This document shows, piece after piece, positions 62,621 through 64,000 of a stretch of DNA of 64,000 bases. Where the stretch lies: NCBI RefSeq assembly GCF_030028105.1, contig NC_092376.1, positions 126,168,230-126,232,229 of the forward strand, in the 5' to 3' direction. How positions within the stretch are numbered: the stretch's first letter is position 1; each line of letters begins with the position of its first letter. This stretch comes from Mobula birostris. Its lineage: Eukaryota. The notes beneath the pieces were generated by a model, which was not told the origin of the DNA, ran no database searches, and was given only the letters and a program-made list of their open reading frames with translations. Made by a program: the position numbers and the translations under genes.

Positions 62621-64000
62621 CTTACCAAAATGTCACGGTATACGCTGGCAAAGATAGAATCCAACTGCGGAGGAAAGGCAGACCCCCATATAGAGACAGC
62701 AAACAGAGTTTGAGAATATTAGTGGCACAGCCAAGCGAAACCGCAAGATGAGACATTCTCAGAACTAGGACCCCGCAATATATTTGGATCAGTGAAGTTG
62801 AACAGTGGCTTGGACATTGGTCAGCTGGAATCAAGGATGCCATCTATTCCAAAGTTCACAATCCAAGTTCACTTTCTGAGCTTCTCTGGTCTATGTCCAA
62901 GCTTTATTCCAAGGTTCTCAAGGTTAACTAGGTTCGCTAGGTCTTCCCATGGGCTTTCATGTTCCCAAGTTTATTCAATGTTTCCAAGATTTATTCTATG
63001 TTCCTGATTTTTTTTCTCTATGTTTTTGAGGTTTATTCAATCTCTTGAGTTTACCAGCCTTGTCTCAAGTTCCCCAGGGTGGGGGCAACTCCAATGAGCT
63101 CTCTGGGCCTGGGTGGGGAGCTGGAGAGCCAGAGTCTTGGGCTCCACAGTTTCTACTGTAATGAGCTCTCCAGTTCTGGGCATGGAGCTGGACAGTGTTG
63201 GGCTCCAAAGTTTGTTTGATTTTCCTAAGTTTTGTTCAATGTTCACAAGTTTTCTTTGATGTTCCTGTGTTTTATTTAGTGTTCCAGGTTTTATTCTATC
63301 TATGTTTCCTAGGTTTATTCAATGTCTCAAGTTTACCAGACCTATCTTAAGATAACCAGGTCTGTCTCCAGCTGACCAGCCCTGTCTCCAGATCACCAGG
63401 TCTGTCACCAGCAGTCCCTGGATCTGGAGTTCCCCAGGTCTCCCTGGGCTGTCAGGTGAAGCCTTAGGCAGGGGGCTAATGTATGAGCTCTCTGGGCCTG
63501 GGCGAGAAGCACCTTAACTGGTTAATTATTGTTTAACCAATATCATTAATTGTTTTACCTTGAGTTTATTTTGACAGGCTCAGAGGTTCAGGGTCACATG
63601 TACTATTTTAATGGACGTTCCTTTGCATTTGCAGCGGGGTCCTAGATTTGAGAATGTTTCATCTTGCAGTGTTGTTCTGCTAAATTCTGTACAAATTCCA
63701 TGGGAGTCTGTCTTTCATCCACACTTTGATCCTATTATAGCCTACAAAAACCGTAACAATATACATACCTTGATAATAAATCTGGTTTGACTTTGAAGAT
63801 AAAATTCGATAGACCTACAGTCTAGTGGTCAAAATATTCTATCAACTATTTTTCTCTGCTCAGTCATACTTCATTGGATGTACGTCAGTCCATCAAATTG
63901 CCCTGCCTGGCTCAGACATTCCCGCACGTTGCAGTGGCATCAGACCACTCAAAGCATTTGGGGAGGGGAGGCTTGGGGGGGGGGGAGAACAGGGTAACTG

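Noticed and set aside
62880-63440. CRISPR-like array
   Set aside because: Repeats are irregular and degenerate, there are no cas genes, and the context is vertebrate.
62631-63576. Possible TGTCA...TGACA solo LTR with degenerate internal repeats (gtttattcaatg, ccaggtctgtctcca)
   Set aside because: No TSD and no second copy in the window. It cannot be distinguished from a low-complexity relic.

Overview
Eukaryotic, repeat-rich vertebrate DNA. The repeat types (CR1, Penelope-like, V-SINE, Rex-like) suggest a cartilaginous fish; this is inference. One host gene is supported: a divergent KIAA0232-like gene on the + strand, with a 2.84-kb coding exon (11962-14801), three phase-compatible downstream exons ending at TAG 28538, and a repeat-poor 3' UTR. 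Most of the rest is transposable elements, many nested. They include several CR1 LINEs, a near-intact IR/DR Tc1 (DD34E), Tc1-derived MITEs, a hAT relic carrying a nested hAT MITE, a full-length but disabled Mag-type Gypsy with 141-bp LTRs, a decayed Gypsy, a solo LTR and a HERO-type RLE LINE fragment. Many Penelope-like pieces have termini with minimal hammerhead ribozyme motifs. One motif is intact (37850-37885), and another is split at its catalytic core by a CR1 that itself holds the Gypsy. No rRNA, tRNA or CRISPR array was seen. All family assignments come from motif recognition, not database searches.
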